From Eledone cirrhosa (taxonomy: Eukaryota), in the NCBI GenBank assembly GCA_964016885.1, contig OZ024741.1, positions 66,774,001 through 66,838,000 on the forward strand: a stretch of DNA of 64,000 bases, read 5' to 3'. Position 1 is the stretch's first letter, and each line of letters starts with the position of its first letter. Shown one piece after another: positions 13,417 through 25,566 of this stretch. Under the pieces are notes generated by a model. The model ran no database searches and was not told the origin of the DNA. It saw only the letters and a program-made list of their open reading frames with translations. A program made the translations under genes and the position numbers.

Positions 13417-14179
13417 TTGCATAAAGGTTATATAATAAAAGAATAATGGTAAACACAATTGAAGAGGCTAAAAAAACAGAGGAAAATGTTTTTGACTCGA
13501 AGGCGGTCCGGACCAGTTGTTGCCAGTTTGGCTGACTATCTTCGAGTGGGGATTCTCTTTTCAATTTCGTTTTGCCGGTTTGGTTAGGGGGCTGTATGAT
13601 TAGTATGCATACTACTCCCATCCTACCGGTTGGGTTAGGGGGCTGTATACGTAGTACGTCTACTACTATCACGCTGCCACTCACTGCTATTTGGACACAT
13701 GCTAGTGGTAAAGGAGGTCAGGTTTCACGACCAACAAGATTCAACATCGAAGATGGATTAGTTGCATAACGTAGAGTGCTTTTCCTAATATCACATCATG
13801 GCTGACTATACGGAATGACCAGTTCTATCCAGTGGTGAACCACCAAACCTAAATATATAAATATGTATATATATATAAATTGAAACAAAATGAAAACGAA
13901 ATTTCATTTCTCACTCTTAGTATGGCACTTACTTAAATGTAAGTATGCATGTATACGTACATACATATATGTATACAGACGTACAGTAGCATGCACATAT
14001 ATATATATATATATACATATATATATACATATGCATACAGGTACACATACATATATGCACGTATCAGTTTAGCGGCGCTAACGTCGCTTTGTTCGTTTGT
14101 AAACAAACTGAACAGCCTGAATTTATGCCATACGGTGTTAAGGCAACCACGTCACCTTTTTGTTCAACACTGACACAGG

Positions 14180-14224
14180 AACGATGTACTAGTTTCAAGC
14201 TTGTTAGCTATCATCAGCACCGTT
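14180..14224 (-). ncRNA. Type I hammerhead ribozyme in the inverted block of the array
   Basis: Exact reverse complement of the + strand array hammerheads. Confidence 0.8.
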
Positions 14225-14611
14225 TACCCATCTGCCAGATAGTTGAACGTTCGAAAGTATATACTTTCCTTATGAAAATTAACGGCTGAGCAGCCTAATT
14301 TGCATATTGAGTGAGTTAAATCGGTCAGGCATACCGAAAACGATAAATTGAAACAAAATGAAAACGAAATTTCATTTCTCACTCTTAGTATGGCACTTAC
14401 TTAAATGTAAGTATGCATGTATACGTACATACATATATGTATACAGACGTACAGTAGCATGCACATATATATATATATATATATACATATATATATACAT
14501 ATGCATACAGGTACACATACATATATGCACGTATCAGTTTAGCGGCGCTAACGTCGCTTTGTTCGTTTGTAAACAAACTGAACAGCCTGAATTTATGCCA
14601 TACGGTGGGTA

Positions 14612-14656
14612 AACGGTGCTGATGATAGCTAACAAGCTTGAAACTAGTACATCGTT
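14612..14656 (+). ncRNA. Minimal type I hammerhead ribozyme, first of 15 identical copies (CTGATGA cores at 14619, 15083, 15551, 16019, 16487, 16955, 17423, 17891, 18361, 18829, 19297, 19765, 20233, 20701, 21169)
   Basis: aacggtg-CTGATGA-t agct aaca agct t-GAAA-ctagt-A-catcgtt. 7-bp stem I (one G-U), 4-bp stem II with a U.U at its base, palindromic ACTAGT helix III. Predicted cleavage after A14649. Confidence 0.82.
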
Positions 14657-17600
14657 CCTGTGTCAGTGTTGAACAAAAAGGTGACGTGGTTGCCTTAACA
14701 CCGTATGGCATAAATTCAGGCTGTTCAGTTTGTTTACAAACGAACAAAGCGACGTTAGCGCCGCTAAACTGATACGTGCATATATGTATGTGTACCTGTA
14801 TGCATATGTATATATATATGTATATATATATATATGTGCATGCTACTGTACGTCTGTATACATATATGTATGTACGTATACATGCATACTTACATTTAAG
14901 TAAGTGCCATACTAAGAGTGAGAAATGAAATTTCGTTTTCATTTTGTTTCAATTTATCGTTTTCGGTATGCCTGACCGATTTAACTCACTCAATATGCAA
15001 ATTAGGCTGCTCAGCCGTTAATTTTCATAAGGAAAGTATATACTTTCGAACGTTCAACTATCTGGCAGATGGGTAAACGGTGCTGATGATAGCTAACAAG
15101 CTTGAAACTAGTACATCGTTCCTGTGTCAGTGTTGAACAAAAAGGTGACGTGGTTGCCTTAACACCGTATGGCATAAATTCAGGCTGTTCAGTTTGTTTA
15201 CAAACGAACAAAGCGACGTTAGCGCCGCTAAACTGATACGTGCATATATGTATGTGTACCTGTATGCATATGTATATATATATGTATATATATATATATA
15301 TATGTGCATGCTACTGTACGTCTGTATACATATATGTATGTACGTATACATGCATACTTACATTTAAGTAAGTGCCATACTAAGAGTGAGAAATGAAATT
15401 TCGTTTTCATTTTGTTTCAATTTATCGTTTTCGGTATGCCTGACCGATTTAACTCACTCAATATGCAAATTAGGCTGCTCAGCCGTTAATTTTCATAAGG
15501 AAAGTATATACTTTCGAACGTTCAACTATCTGGCAGATGGGTAAACGGTGCTGATGATAGCTAACAAGCTTGAAACTAGTACATCGTTCCTGTGTCAGTG
15601 TTGAACAAAAAGGTGACGTGGTTGCCTTAACACCGTATGGCATAAATTCAGGCTGTTCAGTTTGTTTACAAACGAACAAAGCGACGTTAGCGCCGCTAAA
15701 CTGATACGTGCATATATGTATGTGTACCTGTATGCATATGTATATATATATGTATATATATATATATATATGTGCATGCTACTGTACGTCTGTATACATA
15801 TATGTATGTACGTATACATGCATACTTACATTTAAGTAAGTGCCATACTAAGAGTGAGAAATGAAATTTCGTTTTCATTTTGTTTCAATTTAACGTTTTC
15901 GGTATGCCTGACCGATTTAACTCACTCAATATGCAAATTAGGCTGCTCAGCCGTTAATTTTCATAAGGAAAGTATATACTTTCGAACGTTCAACTATCTG
16001 GCAGATGGGTAAACGGTGCTGATGATAGCTAACAAGCTTGAAACTAGTACATCGTTCCTGTGTCAGTGTTGAACAAAAAGGTGACGTGGTTGCCTTAACA
16101 CCGTATGGCATAAATTCAGGCTGTTCAGTTTGTTTACAAACGAACAAAGCGACGTTAGCGCCGCTAAACTGATACGTGCATATATGTATGTGTACCTGTA
16201 TGCATATGTATATATATATGTATATATATATATATATATGTGCATGCTACTGTACGTCTGTATACATATATGTATGTACGTATACATGCATACTTACATT
16301 TAAGTAAGTGCCATACTAAGAGTGAGAAATGAAATTTCGTTTTCATTTTGTTTCAATTTATCGTTTTCGGTATGCCTGACCGATTTAACTCACTCAATAT
16401 GCAAATTAGGCTGCTCAGCCGTTAATTTTCATAAGGAAAGTATATACTTTCGAACGTTCAACTATCTGGCAGATGGGTAAACGGTGCTGATGATAGCTAA
16501 CAAGCTTGAAACTAGTACATCGTTCCTGTGTCAGTGTTGAACAAAAAGGTGACGTGGTTGCCTTAACACCGTATGGCATAAATTCAGGCTGTTCAGTTTG
16601 TTTACAAACGAACAAAGCGACGTTAGCGCCGCTAAACTGATACGTGCATATATGTATGTGTACCTGTATGCATATGTATATATATATGTATATATATATA
16701 TATATATGTGCATGCTACTGTACGTCTGTATACATATATGTATGTACGTATACATGCATACTTACATTTAAGTAAGTGCCATACTAAGAGTGAGAAATGA
16801 AATTTCGTTTTCATTTTGTTTCAATTTATCGTTTTCGGTATGCCTGACCGATTTAACTCACTCAATATGCAAATTAGGCTGCTCAGCCGTTAATTTTCAT
16901 AAGGAAAGTATATACTTTCGAACGTTCAACTATCTGGCAGATGGGTAAACGGTGCTGATGATAGCTAACAAGCTTGAAACTAGTACATCGTTCCTGTGTC
17001 AGTGTTGAACAAAAAGGTGACGTGGTTGCCTTAACACCGTATGGCATAAATTCAGGCTGTTCAGTTTGTTTACAAACGAACAAAGCGACGTTAGCGCCGC
17101 TAAACTGATACGTGCATATATGTATGTGTACCTGTATGCATATGTATATATATATGTATATATATATATATATATGTGCATGCTACTGTACGTCTGTATA
17201 CATATATGTATGTACGTATACATGCATACTTACATTTAAGTAAGTGCCATACTAAGAGTGAGAAATGAAATTTCGTTTTCATTTTGTTTCAATTTATCGT
17301 TTTCGGTATGCCTGACCGATTTAACTCACTCAATATGCAAATTAGGCTGCTCAGCCGTTAATTTTCATAAGGAAAGTATATACTTTCGAACGTTCAACTA
17401 TCTGGCAGATGGGTAAACGGTGCTGATGATAGCTAACAAGCTTGAAACTAGTACATCGTTCCTGTGTCAGTGTTGAACAAAAAGGTGACGTGGTTGCCTT
17501 AACACCGTATGGCATAAATTCAGGCTGTTCAGTTTGTTTACAAACGAACAAAGCGACGTTAGCGCCGCTAAACTGATACGTGCATATATGTATGTGTACC

Positions 17601-20600
17601 TGTATGCATATGTATATATATATGTATATATATATATATATATGTGCATGCTACTGTACGTCTGTATACATATATGTATGTACGTATACATGCATACTTA
17701 CATTTAAGTAAGTGCCATACTAAGAGTGAGAAATGAAATTTCGTTTTCATTTTGTTTCAATTTATCGTTTTCGGTATGCCTGACCGATTTAACTCACTCA
17801 ATATGCAAATTAGGCTGCTCAGCCGTTAATTTTCATAAGGAAAGTATATACTTTCGAACGTTCAACTATCTGGCAGATGGGTAAACGGTGCTGATGATAG
17901 CTAACAAGCTTGAAACTAGTACATCGTTCCTGTGTCAGTGTTGAACAAAAAGGTGACGTGGTTGCCTTAACACCGTATGGCATAAATTCAGGCTGTTCAG
18001 TTTGTTTACAAACGAACAAAGCGACGTTAGCGCCGCTAAACTGATACGTGCATATATGTATGTGTACCTGTATGCATATGTATATATATATGTATATATA
18101 TATATATATATATGTGCATGCTACTGTACGTCTGTATACATATATGTATGTACGTATACATGCATACTTACATTTAAGTAAGTGCCATACTAAGAGTGAG
18201 AAATGAAATTTCGTTTTCATTTTGTTTCAATTTATCGTTTTCGGTATGCCTGACCGATTTAACTCACTCAATATGCAAATTAGGCTGCTCAGCCGTTAAT
18301 TTTCATAAGGAAAGTATATACTTTCGAACGTTCAACTATCTGGCAGATGGGTAAACGGTGCTGATGATAGCTAACAAGCTTGAAACTAGTACATCGTTCC
18401 TGTGTCAGTGTTGAACAAAAAGGTGACGTGGTTGCCTTAACACCGTATGGCATAAATTCAGGTTGTTCAGTTTGTTTACAAACGAACAAAGCGACGTTAG
18501 CGCCGCTAAACTGATACGTGCATATATGTATGTGTACCTGTATGCATATGTATATATATATGTATATATATATATATATATGTGCATGCTACTGTACGTC
18601 TGTATACATATATGTATGTACGTATACATGCATACTTACATTTAAGTAAGTGCCATACTAAGAGTGAGAAATGAAATTTCGTTTTCATTTTGTTTCAATT
18701 TATCGTTTTCGGTATGCCTGACCGATTTAACTCACTCAATATGCAAATTAGGCTGCTCAGCCGTTAATTTTCATAAGGAAAGTATATACTTTCGAACGTT
18801 CAACTATCTGGCAGATGGGTAAACGGTGCTGATGATAGCTAACAAGCTTGAAACTAGTACATCGTTCCTGTGTCAGTGTTGAACAAAAAGGTGACGTGGT
18901 TGCCTTAACACCGTATGGCATAAATTCAGGCTGTTCAGTTTGTTTACAAACGAACAAAGCGACGTTAGCGCCGCTAAACTGATACGTGCATATATGTATG
19001 TGTACCTGTATGCATATGTATATATATATGTATATATATATATATATATGTGCATGCTACTGTACGTCTGTATACATATATGTATGTACGTATACATGCA
19101 TACTTACATTTAAGTAAGTGCCATACTAAGAGTGAGAAATGAAATTTCGTTTTCATTTTGTTTCAATTTATCGTTTTCGGTATGCCTGACCGATTTAACT
19201 CACTCAATATGCAAATTAGGCTGCTCAGCCGTTAATTTTCATAAGGAAAGTAGATACTTTCGAACGTTCAACTATCTGGCAGATGGGTAAACGGTGCTGA
19301 TGATAGCTAACAAGCTTGAAACTAGTACATCGTTCCTGTGTCAGTGTTGAACAAAAAGGTGACGTGGTTGCCTTAACACCGTATGGCATAAATTCAGGCT
19401 GTTCAGTTTGTTTACAAACGAACAAAGCGACGTTAGCGCCGCTAAACTGATACGTGCATATATGTATGTGTACCTGTATGCATATGTATATATATATGTA
19501 TATATATATATATATATGTGCATGCTACTGTACGTCTGTATACATATATGTATGTACGTATACATGCATACTTACATTTAAGTAAGTGCCATACTAAGAG
19601 TGAGAAATGAAATTTCGTTTTCATTTTGTTTCAATTTATCGTTTTCGGTATGCCTGACCGATTTAACTCACTCAATATGCAAATTAGGCTGCTCAGCCGT
19701 TAATTTTCATAAGGAAAGTATATACTTTCGAACGTTCAACTATCTGGCAGATGGGTAAACGGTGCTGATGATAGCTAACAAGCTTGAAACTAGTACATCG
19801 TTCCTGTGTCAGTGTTGAACAAAAAGGTGACGTGGTTGCCTTAACACCGTATGGCATAAATTCAGGCTGTTCAGTTTGTTTACAAACGAACAAAGCGACG
19901 TTAGCGCCGCTAAACTGATACGTGCATATATGTATGTGTACCTGTATGCATATGTATATATATATGTATATATATATATATATATGTGCATGCTACTGTA
20001 CGTCTGTATACATATATGTATGTACGTATACATGCATACTTACATTTAAGTAAGTGCCATACTAAGAGTGAGAAATGAAATTTCGTTTTCATTTTGTTTC
20101 AATTTATCGTTTTCGGTATGCCTGACCGATTTAACTCACTCAATATGCAAATTAGGCTGCTCAGCCGTTAATTTTCATAAGGAAAGTATATACTTTCGAA
20201 CGTTCAACTATCTGGCAGATGGGTAAACGGTGCTGATGATAGCTAACAAGCTTGAAACTAGTACATCGTTCCTGTGTCAGTGTTGAACAAAAAGGTGACG
20301 TGGTTGCCTTAACACCGTATGGCATAAATTCAGGCTGTTCAGTTTGTTTACAAACGAACAAAGCGACGTTAGCGCCGCTAAACTGATACGTGCATATATG
20401 TATGTGTACCTGTATGCATATGTATATATATATGTATATATATATATATATATGTGCATGCTACTGTACGTCTGTATACATATATGTATGTACGTATACA
20501 TGCATACTTACATTTAAGTAAGTGCCATACTAAGAGTGAGAAATGAAATTTCGTTTTCATTTTGTTTCAATTTATCGTTTTCGGTATGCCTGACCGATTT

Positions 20601-21447
20601 AACTCACTCAATATGCAAATTAGGCTGCTCAGCCGTTAATTTTCATAAGGAAAGTATATACTTTCGAACGTTCAACTATCTGGCAGATGGGTAAACGGTG
20701 CTGATGATAGCTAACAAGCTTGAAACTAGTACATCGTTCCTGTGTCAGTGTTGAACAAAAAGGTGACGTGGTTGCCTTAACACCGTATGGCATAAATTCA
20801 GGCTGTTCAGTTTGTTTACAAACGAACAAAGCGACGTTAGCGCCGCTAAACTGATACGTGCATATATGTATGTGTACCTGTATGCATATGTATATATATA
20901 TGTATATATATATATATATATGTGCATGCTACTGTACGTCTGTATACATATATGTATGTACGTATACATGCATACTTACATTTAAGTAAGTGCCATACTA
21001 AGAGTGAGAAATGAAATTTCGTTTTCATTTTGTTTCAATTTATCGTTTTCGGTATGCCTGACCGATTTAACTCACTCAATATGCAAATTAGGCTGCTCAG
21101 CCGTTAATTTTCATAAGGAAAGTATATACTTTCGAACGTTCAACTATCTGGCAGATGGGTAAACGGTGCTGATGATAGCTAACAAGCTTGAAACTAGTAC
21201 ATCGTTCCTGTGTCAGTGTTGAACAAAAAGGTGACGTGGTTGCCTTAACACCGTATGGCATAAATTCAGGCTGTTCAGTTTGTTTACAAACGAACAAAGC
21301 GACGTTAGCGCCGCTAAACTGATACGTGCATATATGTATGTGTACCTGTATGCATATGTATATATATATGTATATATATATATATATATGTGCATGCTAC
21401 TGTACGTCTGTATACATATATGTATGTACGTATACATGCATACTTAC

Positions 21448-21510
<63 letters not shown>

Positions 21511-21511
<1 letters not shown>

Positions 21512-22044
21512 CCGCCCTTTGTTGGGTCTTGTATTTCATCCCGCAAGGTGTCAAAATATCATCCTCCTCACCAAGCAAGCTTGGTGGGGTTACCGGTCTA
21601 GTCGTCGAAGACTTGGCCATGAGATGGGTTGTATTGGGTTACATGATACCAGCAACACTCGAGTACGACCTGACATAAGGGCGGAGGAACTTAGCAGAGT
21701 CAACGGCCATCCCAACGGGCTTTTTTTTCCACCTGGGAGTGAAAGTCCCCCAGTTGATGTCACAACGCCATTTTAGAAGAGGGAAACTTAGAAAAAAAAC
21801 AAAAAAACTCGTGCGGCTTCGGAAGCATTAGCTGATGTTGATCAGTTCTCCTTTTCGGGTAGTATTTTCGATGCTGAGAGAGTGAGATTGGTCGAATGCA
21901 AGGTCTTTCCCCACTTAAAAGGCACAGGCATTGGTTGGTCAGGATCTGTCACAGGTTTATGTGGCTGGCCGTAGCCTAAAAGTGCACCGAACTCTATAAT
22001 CTGACAAGCGATTGCAATACTCTTAAGCAGAGTTCGCAGCCATC
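21511..22044 (+). mobile_element. Diverged RTE-derived bipartite element with an inverted 5' segment
   Basis: 21511-21676 is homologous to the reverse complement of 11974-12130. From 21677 the sequence (agggcggaggaac..gagtcaacggccatcc) continues the homology on +. The 3' end gagttcgcagccatc-atgtat matches gagttgg(c/g)agccac-tatgtat. Confidence 0.6.
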
Positions 22045-22057
22045 ATGTATATATGTA

Positions 22058-22097
<40 letters not shown>

Positions 22098-22098
<1 letters not shown>

Positions 22099-24999
22099 GA
22101 AGAAGGAATCTACTTGGCAAGAGAACATCAATCGCCAAATAAACCTTCTCCGATCTGACATAGAAATTTTAACAAACTATACAGTAGGTGAACATGTTAA
22201 ACAAACTAAACTTAGAAAATAGAAAAGAAAGTACAGTATAAAATCAACAAGTGACATAGACATGGTGATAGAAATAATCAAGCAAAAAGTGTCGGCCAAA
22301 GCTGCTCGTATAAGGCGCTTTGAAAAACGATCTAGATTCTATAAGGACAATAATATGTTCAAAAACAACCAAAGAAACTTCTACAGAAAAATTGGTAAGT
22401 CAACAATAACTTCTAAATCAATACCACCCAAGGAGGAAGTGCAAGAATTCTGGGAAAAGATCTGGGCCGAAGAAAAAGTTCATAACATACATGCCCCATG
22501 GATAGACAGACAAATGAAAGATACAGCTTACCTTGAAGAACAAATATGGGAAAATATAACAGTTGAACAGTTGCGCTTGGCTCTAAGAAAAACCAGCAAA
22601 TGGAAATCCCCAGAAAAAGACAAAATACAAAATTTTTGGATAAATGCCTTCACAGAGTCTCATGAGCTGTTAGCCCAACTTTACAATGAAATAGTTAAGG
22701 AGCCAGAAAAGATACCATCATGGCTAGTTAACGGCATTACATTCCTGCTTCCGAAGAATGATGAGACAAACAATCCCAAAAATTACAGACCGATAACTTT
22801 CTTGACCACAATGTATAAAATGTTAACGTCAGTCCTAACTGAATATACATATGAGCACCTGATAACAAATGACCTATTTCCCATTGAGCAGAAAGGGTGT
22901 AAACGAGGCTCATATGGCTGTAAGGATCAGCTTTTGGTTAACAAAATGGTACTGGAAGATTGTCATAATAGACACAAAAATCTATCAATTGCTTGGATAG
23001 ATTATAAAAAAGCATTCGATAGTTTGCCACACAGTTGGATTGAAAAATGTTTAGAGATTTTCAAAATATCCCCCGTTGTCAGGAGGTTTTTGTCATTCAG
23101 TATGAGGACATGGAAAGCGACACTCCTTTTGAATAGTGAAACAAAATCACTGGAAGCTGGAGAAGTTAATATTAATTGTGGAATTTTTCAGGGTGACTCT
23201 TTATCACCGCTTTTATTCTGCATCGCACTTATACCATTAAGTAAAATGCTCAATGAAACAAAACATGGATATAAAGTCTATGACAAAATCATTAATCACT
23301 TGTTCTACATGGATGACCTGAAACTATTTGCAAAAAATGATGAACAATTGCAAGGGCTATTATCCACTGTGGAGCAGTTCAGTGATGACATTAAAATGGA
23401 GTTTGGACTAGATAAATGCGCCAAAGCAACGTTCACCAGAGGAAAGCTGCTGAAGAGTTCAGACATTCATCTTGATCGGGGGAACGTGATAAGAGAACTT
23501 GATCAAGAAAAAACTTACAAATATCTAGGTGTTTGTGAAGGAGATGGAATCAAGCACTCGACAATGAGGGAAAGGATAAGGAAGGAATGTTACCGCAGAG
23601 TAAGAGCAATCTTAAGAACGGAATTGAATGCAAGGAATAGGATCGATGCCATAAACACGCTTGACATACCAGTAGTAACCTACAGTTACAATGTCATCAA
23701 CTGGTCAGGCACAGAGATCCGTAGGCTCGATACAAAAATTCAAAAATTCTTAACCATGCACAGAATGCATCACCCTAAGGCAGATATAGATAGAATATAT
23801 CTCCCTAGGAAAGAAGGAGGACGTGGGTTAATCCAGTTAGACATTGCGTTGAAAACTGCAACAATTGGATTATCTACATATCTAAGGGAATCACATGATT
23901 GGATGATCAAACTCGTTTTGAAACACGAAAGCATCAAAAGATCATATTCCATTACAAAAGATGCACAAAGATACAGTAATGGACTACAAATTTCAGAAGT
24001 CCCATTTACTGCTGAAATGGAAAACACAGAAAAAGCAAAGCAGGTAAAAGTAACTGCAAAGAAAGAACTGCTACAGAAACTGGCTAAGAAATGGCAAGAA
24101 AAGCCTCTGTATGGAAAATACCCAGAACGAGCTAACAATCCTGATGTTGACAAAACTTTAACCCATCAGTGGTTGGCATCCTCTGGACTGAAATCGGAGA
24201 CTGAAGGACTGATTATATCAGCACAAGATCAGTGTCTGCCAACAAAAAATTACCAAGCCAACATAATAAAAAATGGATGCAGCCCATTATGCCGTGTATG
24301 CAAAAAACAACCAGAGACCATTGACCATATAATTTCAATGTGCAGTCCTATAGCTCCAACCGAATACCTAAACAGGCATGACAGAGCTGCACAATACATA
24401 CATTGGATAATGTGTAAGCATTTTGACCTGCCTCATCAAAAGAATTGGTGGGAGCATCAACCACCTCCCATACTTGAAAAAGATCACATCTCAATCTTGT
24501 GGAACTTTAGCATCCAAACAGACCGAAAAATAGATGCAAACAGACCTGATATAATATTGAAAGACTTTCAAAAGAGGGTATGCCTGCTAATTGATATGTC
24601 CGTTCCAATAGACAAGAATGTATCTATAAAAACATTTGAAAAATTGAGCAAGTATAAGGACCTGGAGATAGAAATTGGAAAAATGTGGAAATTGAGAACT
24701 AAAACAATACCAGTGGTTGTAGGCGCTCTGGGAATGATACCTAAGGGGTCTAATGATTACTTATCGCAAATCCCAGGAAACCCGCGTATAGGAGAAATAC
24801 AAAAGATAGTACTAATGGGAACTGCCCATATACTAAGGAAGATTCTGTCAATATAAGTACATCACAAGTCTAAACACTAAAGATGCATGTGTGAGTATGT
24901 ATGTTCTTTCTTGAACATGGCGGACCTTGTTGTCTCTTGAGGTCACTGGTTGTGACTTGGTGATAACTCGTATGAACATAAAGCAAGATAAATGCAACT

Positions 25000-25034
<35 letters not shown>
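22098..25034 (+). mobile_element. R4-clade (Dong-like) non-LTR retrotransposon, 5' truncated, inserted in (TAA)n
   Basis: (TAA)n at 22068-22097 and 25001-25034 flanks a single RT+RLE ORF. Dong elements are known to target TAA repeats. Confidence 0.88.
22262..24856 (+). CDS. R4/Dong-like reverse transcriptase + CCHC + PD-(D/E)xK restriction-like endonuclease (N-terminally truncated)
   Basis: 864-aa uninterrupted ORF with NYRPIT, WIDYKKAFDS, GIFQGDSLSP, HLFYMDDLK, CRVC..ETIDHIISMC, RHD, NRPDII, KLSKYKDL and PVVVGALG. An in-frame stop lies just upstream at ~22220. Confidence 0.9.
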   Translation: MVIEIIKQKVSAKAARIRRFEKRSRFYKDNNMFKNNQRNFYRKIGKSTITSKSIPPKEEVQEFWEKIWAEEKVHNIHAPWIDRQMKDTAYLEEQIWENITVEQLRLALRKTSKWKSPEKDKIQNFWINAFTESHELLAQLYNEIVKEPEKIPSWLVNGITFLLPKNDETNNPKNYRPITFLTTMYKMLTSVLTEYTYEHLITNDLFPIEQKGCKRGSYGCKDQLLVNKMVLEDCHNRHKNLSIAWIDYKKAFDSLPHSWIEKCLEIFKISPVVRRFLSFSMRTWKATLLLNSETKSLEAGEVNINCGIFQGDSLSPLLFCIALIPLSKMLNETKHGYKVYDKIINHLFYMDDLKLFAKNDEQLQGLLSTVEQFSDDIKMEFGLDKCAKATFTRGKLLKSSDIHLDRGNVIRELDQEKTYKYLGVCEGDGIKHSTMRERIRKECYRRVRAILRTELNARNRIDAINTLDIPVVTYSYNVINWSGTEIRRLDTKIQKFLTMHRMHHPKADIDRIYLPRKEGGRGLIQLDIALKTATIGLSTYLRESHDWMIKLVLKHESIKRSYSITKDAQRYSNGLQISEVPFTAEMENTEKAKQVKVTAKKELLQKLAKKWQEKPLYGKYPERANNPDVDKTLTHQWLASSGLKSETEGLIISAQDQCLPTKNYQANIIKNGCSPLCRVCKKQPETIDHIISMCSPIAPTEYLNRHDRAAQYIHWIMCKHFDLPHQKNWWEHQPPPILEKDHISILWNFSIQTDRKIDANRPDIILKDFQKRVCLLIDMSVPIDKNVSIKTFEKLSKYKDLEIEIGKMWKLRTKTIPVVVGALGMIPKGSNDYLSQIPGNPRIGEIQKIVLMGTAHILRKILSI

Positions 25035-25036
<2 letters not shown>

Positions 25037-25204
25037 AAGGACGATTGGTTAAGCCTTCATCAAAATTACTACAACAGAGGTCCGACGAGCTTTTGATTCT
25101 AGAGTTGGGCCAGATCGATATAGATCGAACCTTGAGCTGGTCAATACCGAAACTCGCGTCACCAATCAATAAATGTAATGAAGGCTTAACTAATCGTCCT
25201 TGTA
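25034..25204 (+). mobile_element. Short fold-back insertion with a degenerate hammerhead (25079-25163)
   Basis: 27-bp inverted arms (25034-25060 and 25178-25204). Inside: ggt-CCGACGA-g...c-GAAA-ctcgcgt-C-acc. Confidence 0.5.
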
Positions 25205-25309
25205 ATATTATATTACACTGTATATAGCTCTACACCTCACCACTGACATGAACCTAAACATCGAGTGCTCACCTGGGTGAACCATCAGTAACTTTGCGTT
25301 ACACTCCCT

Positions 25310-25415
<106 letters not shown>

Positions 25416-25566
25416 ATTATACATTAAAGTTTTCGCTCCGACCTAGCTGTATGTGAATTTCGTATATCTAATGATATACTACGATATCTTTACGAATAAA
25501 CATTTGGAAAACTTTCCAGTTATGCATATTGAAAAGCTGATAGCTGGCGCCGTCTAGCAGATTCCA

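Larger units (their letters stand above)
13875..21451 (+). mobile_element. Tandem array of 468-bp hammerhead-containing units (retrozyme-like) with an inverted 5' block, inserted in (TA)n
   Basis: Period 468 bp (464 and 470 in TA-length variants). 14608-21451 is ~14.6 units in one orientation; 13875-14607 is ~1.6 units inverted. TA-rich sequence flanks both sides, and each unit has one type I hammerhead. Confidence 0.85.

Noticed and set aside
13890-21507. Repeated 60-181 aa ORFs in the 468-bp array
   Set aside because: They run through TA/TG microsatellite-like sequence, change frame with TA length and show no domain. They are by-products of a non-coding repeat.
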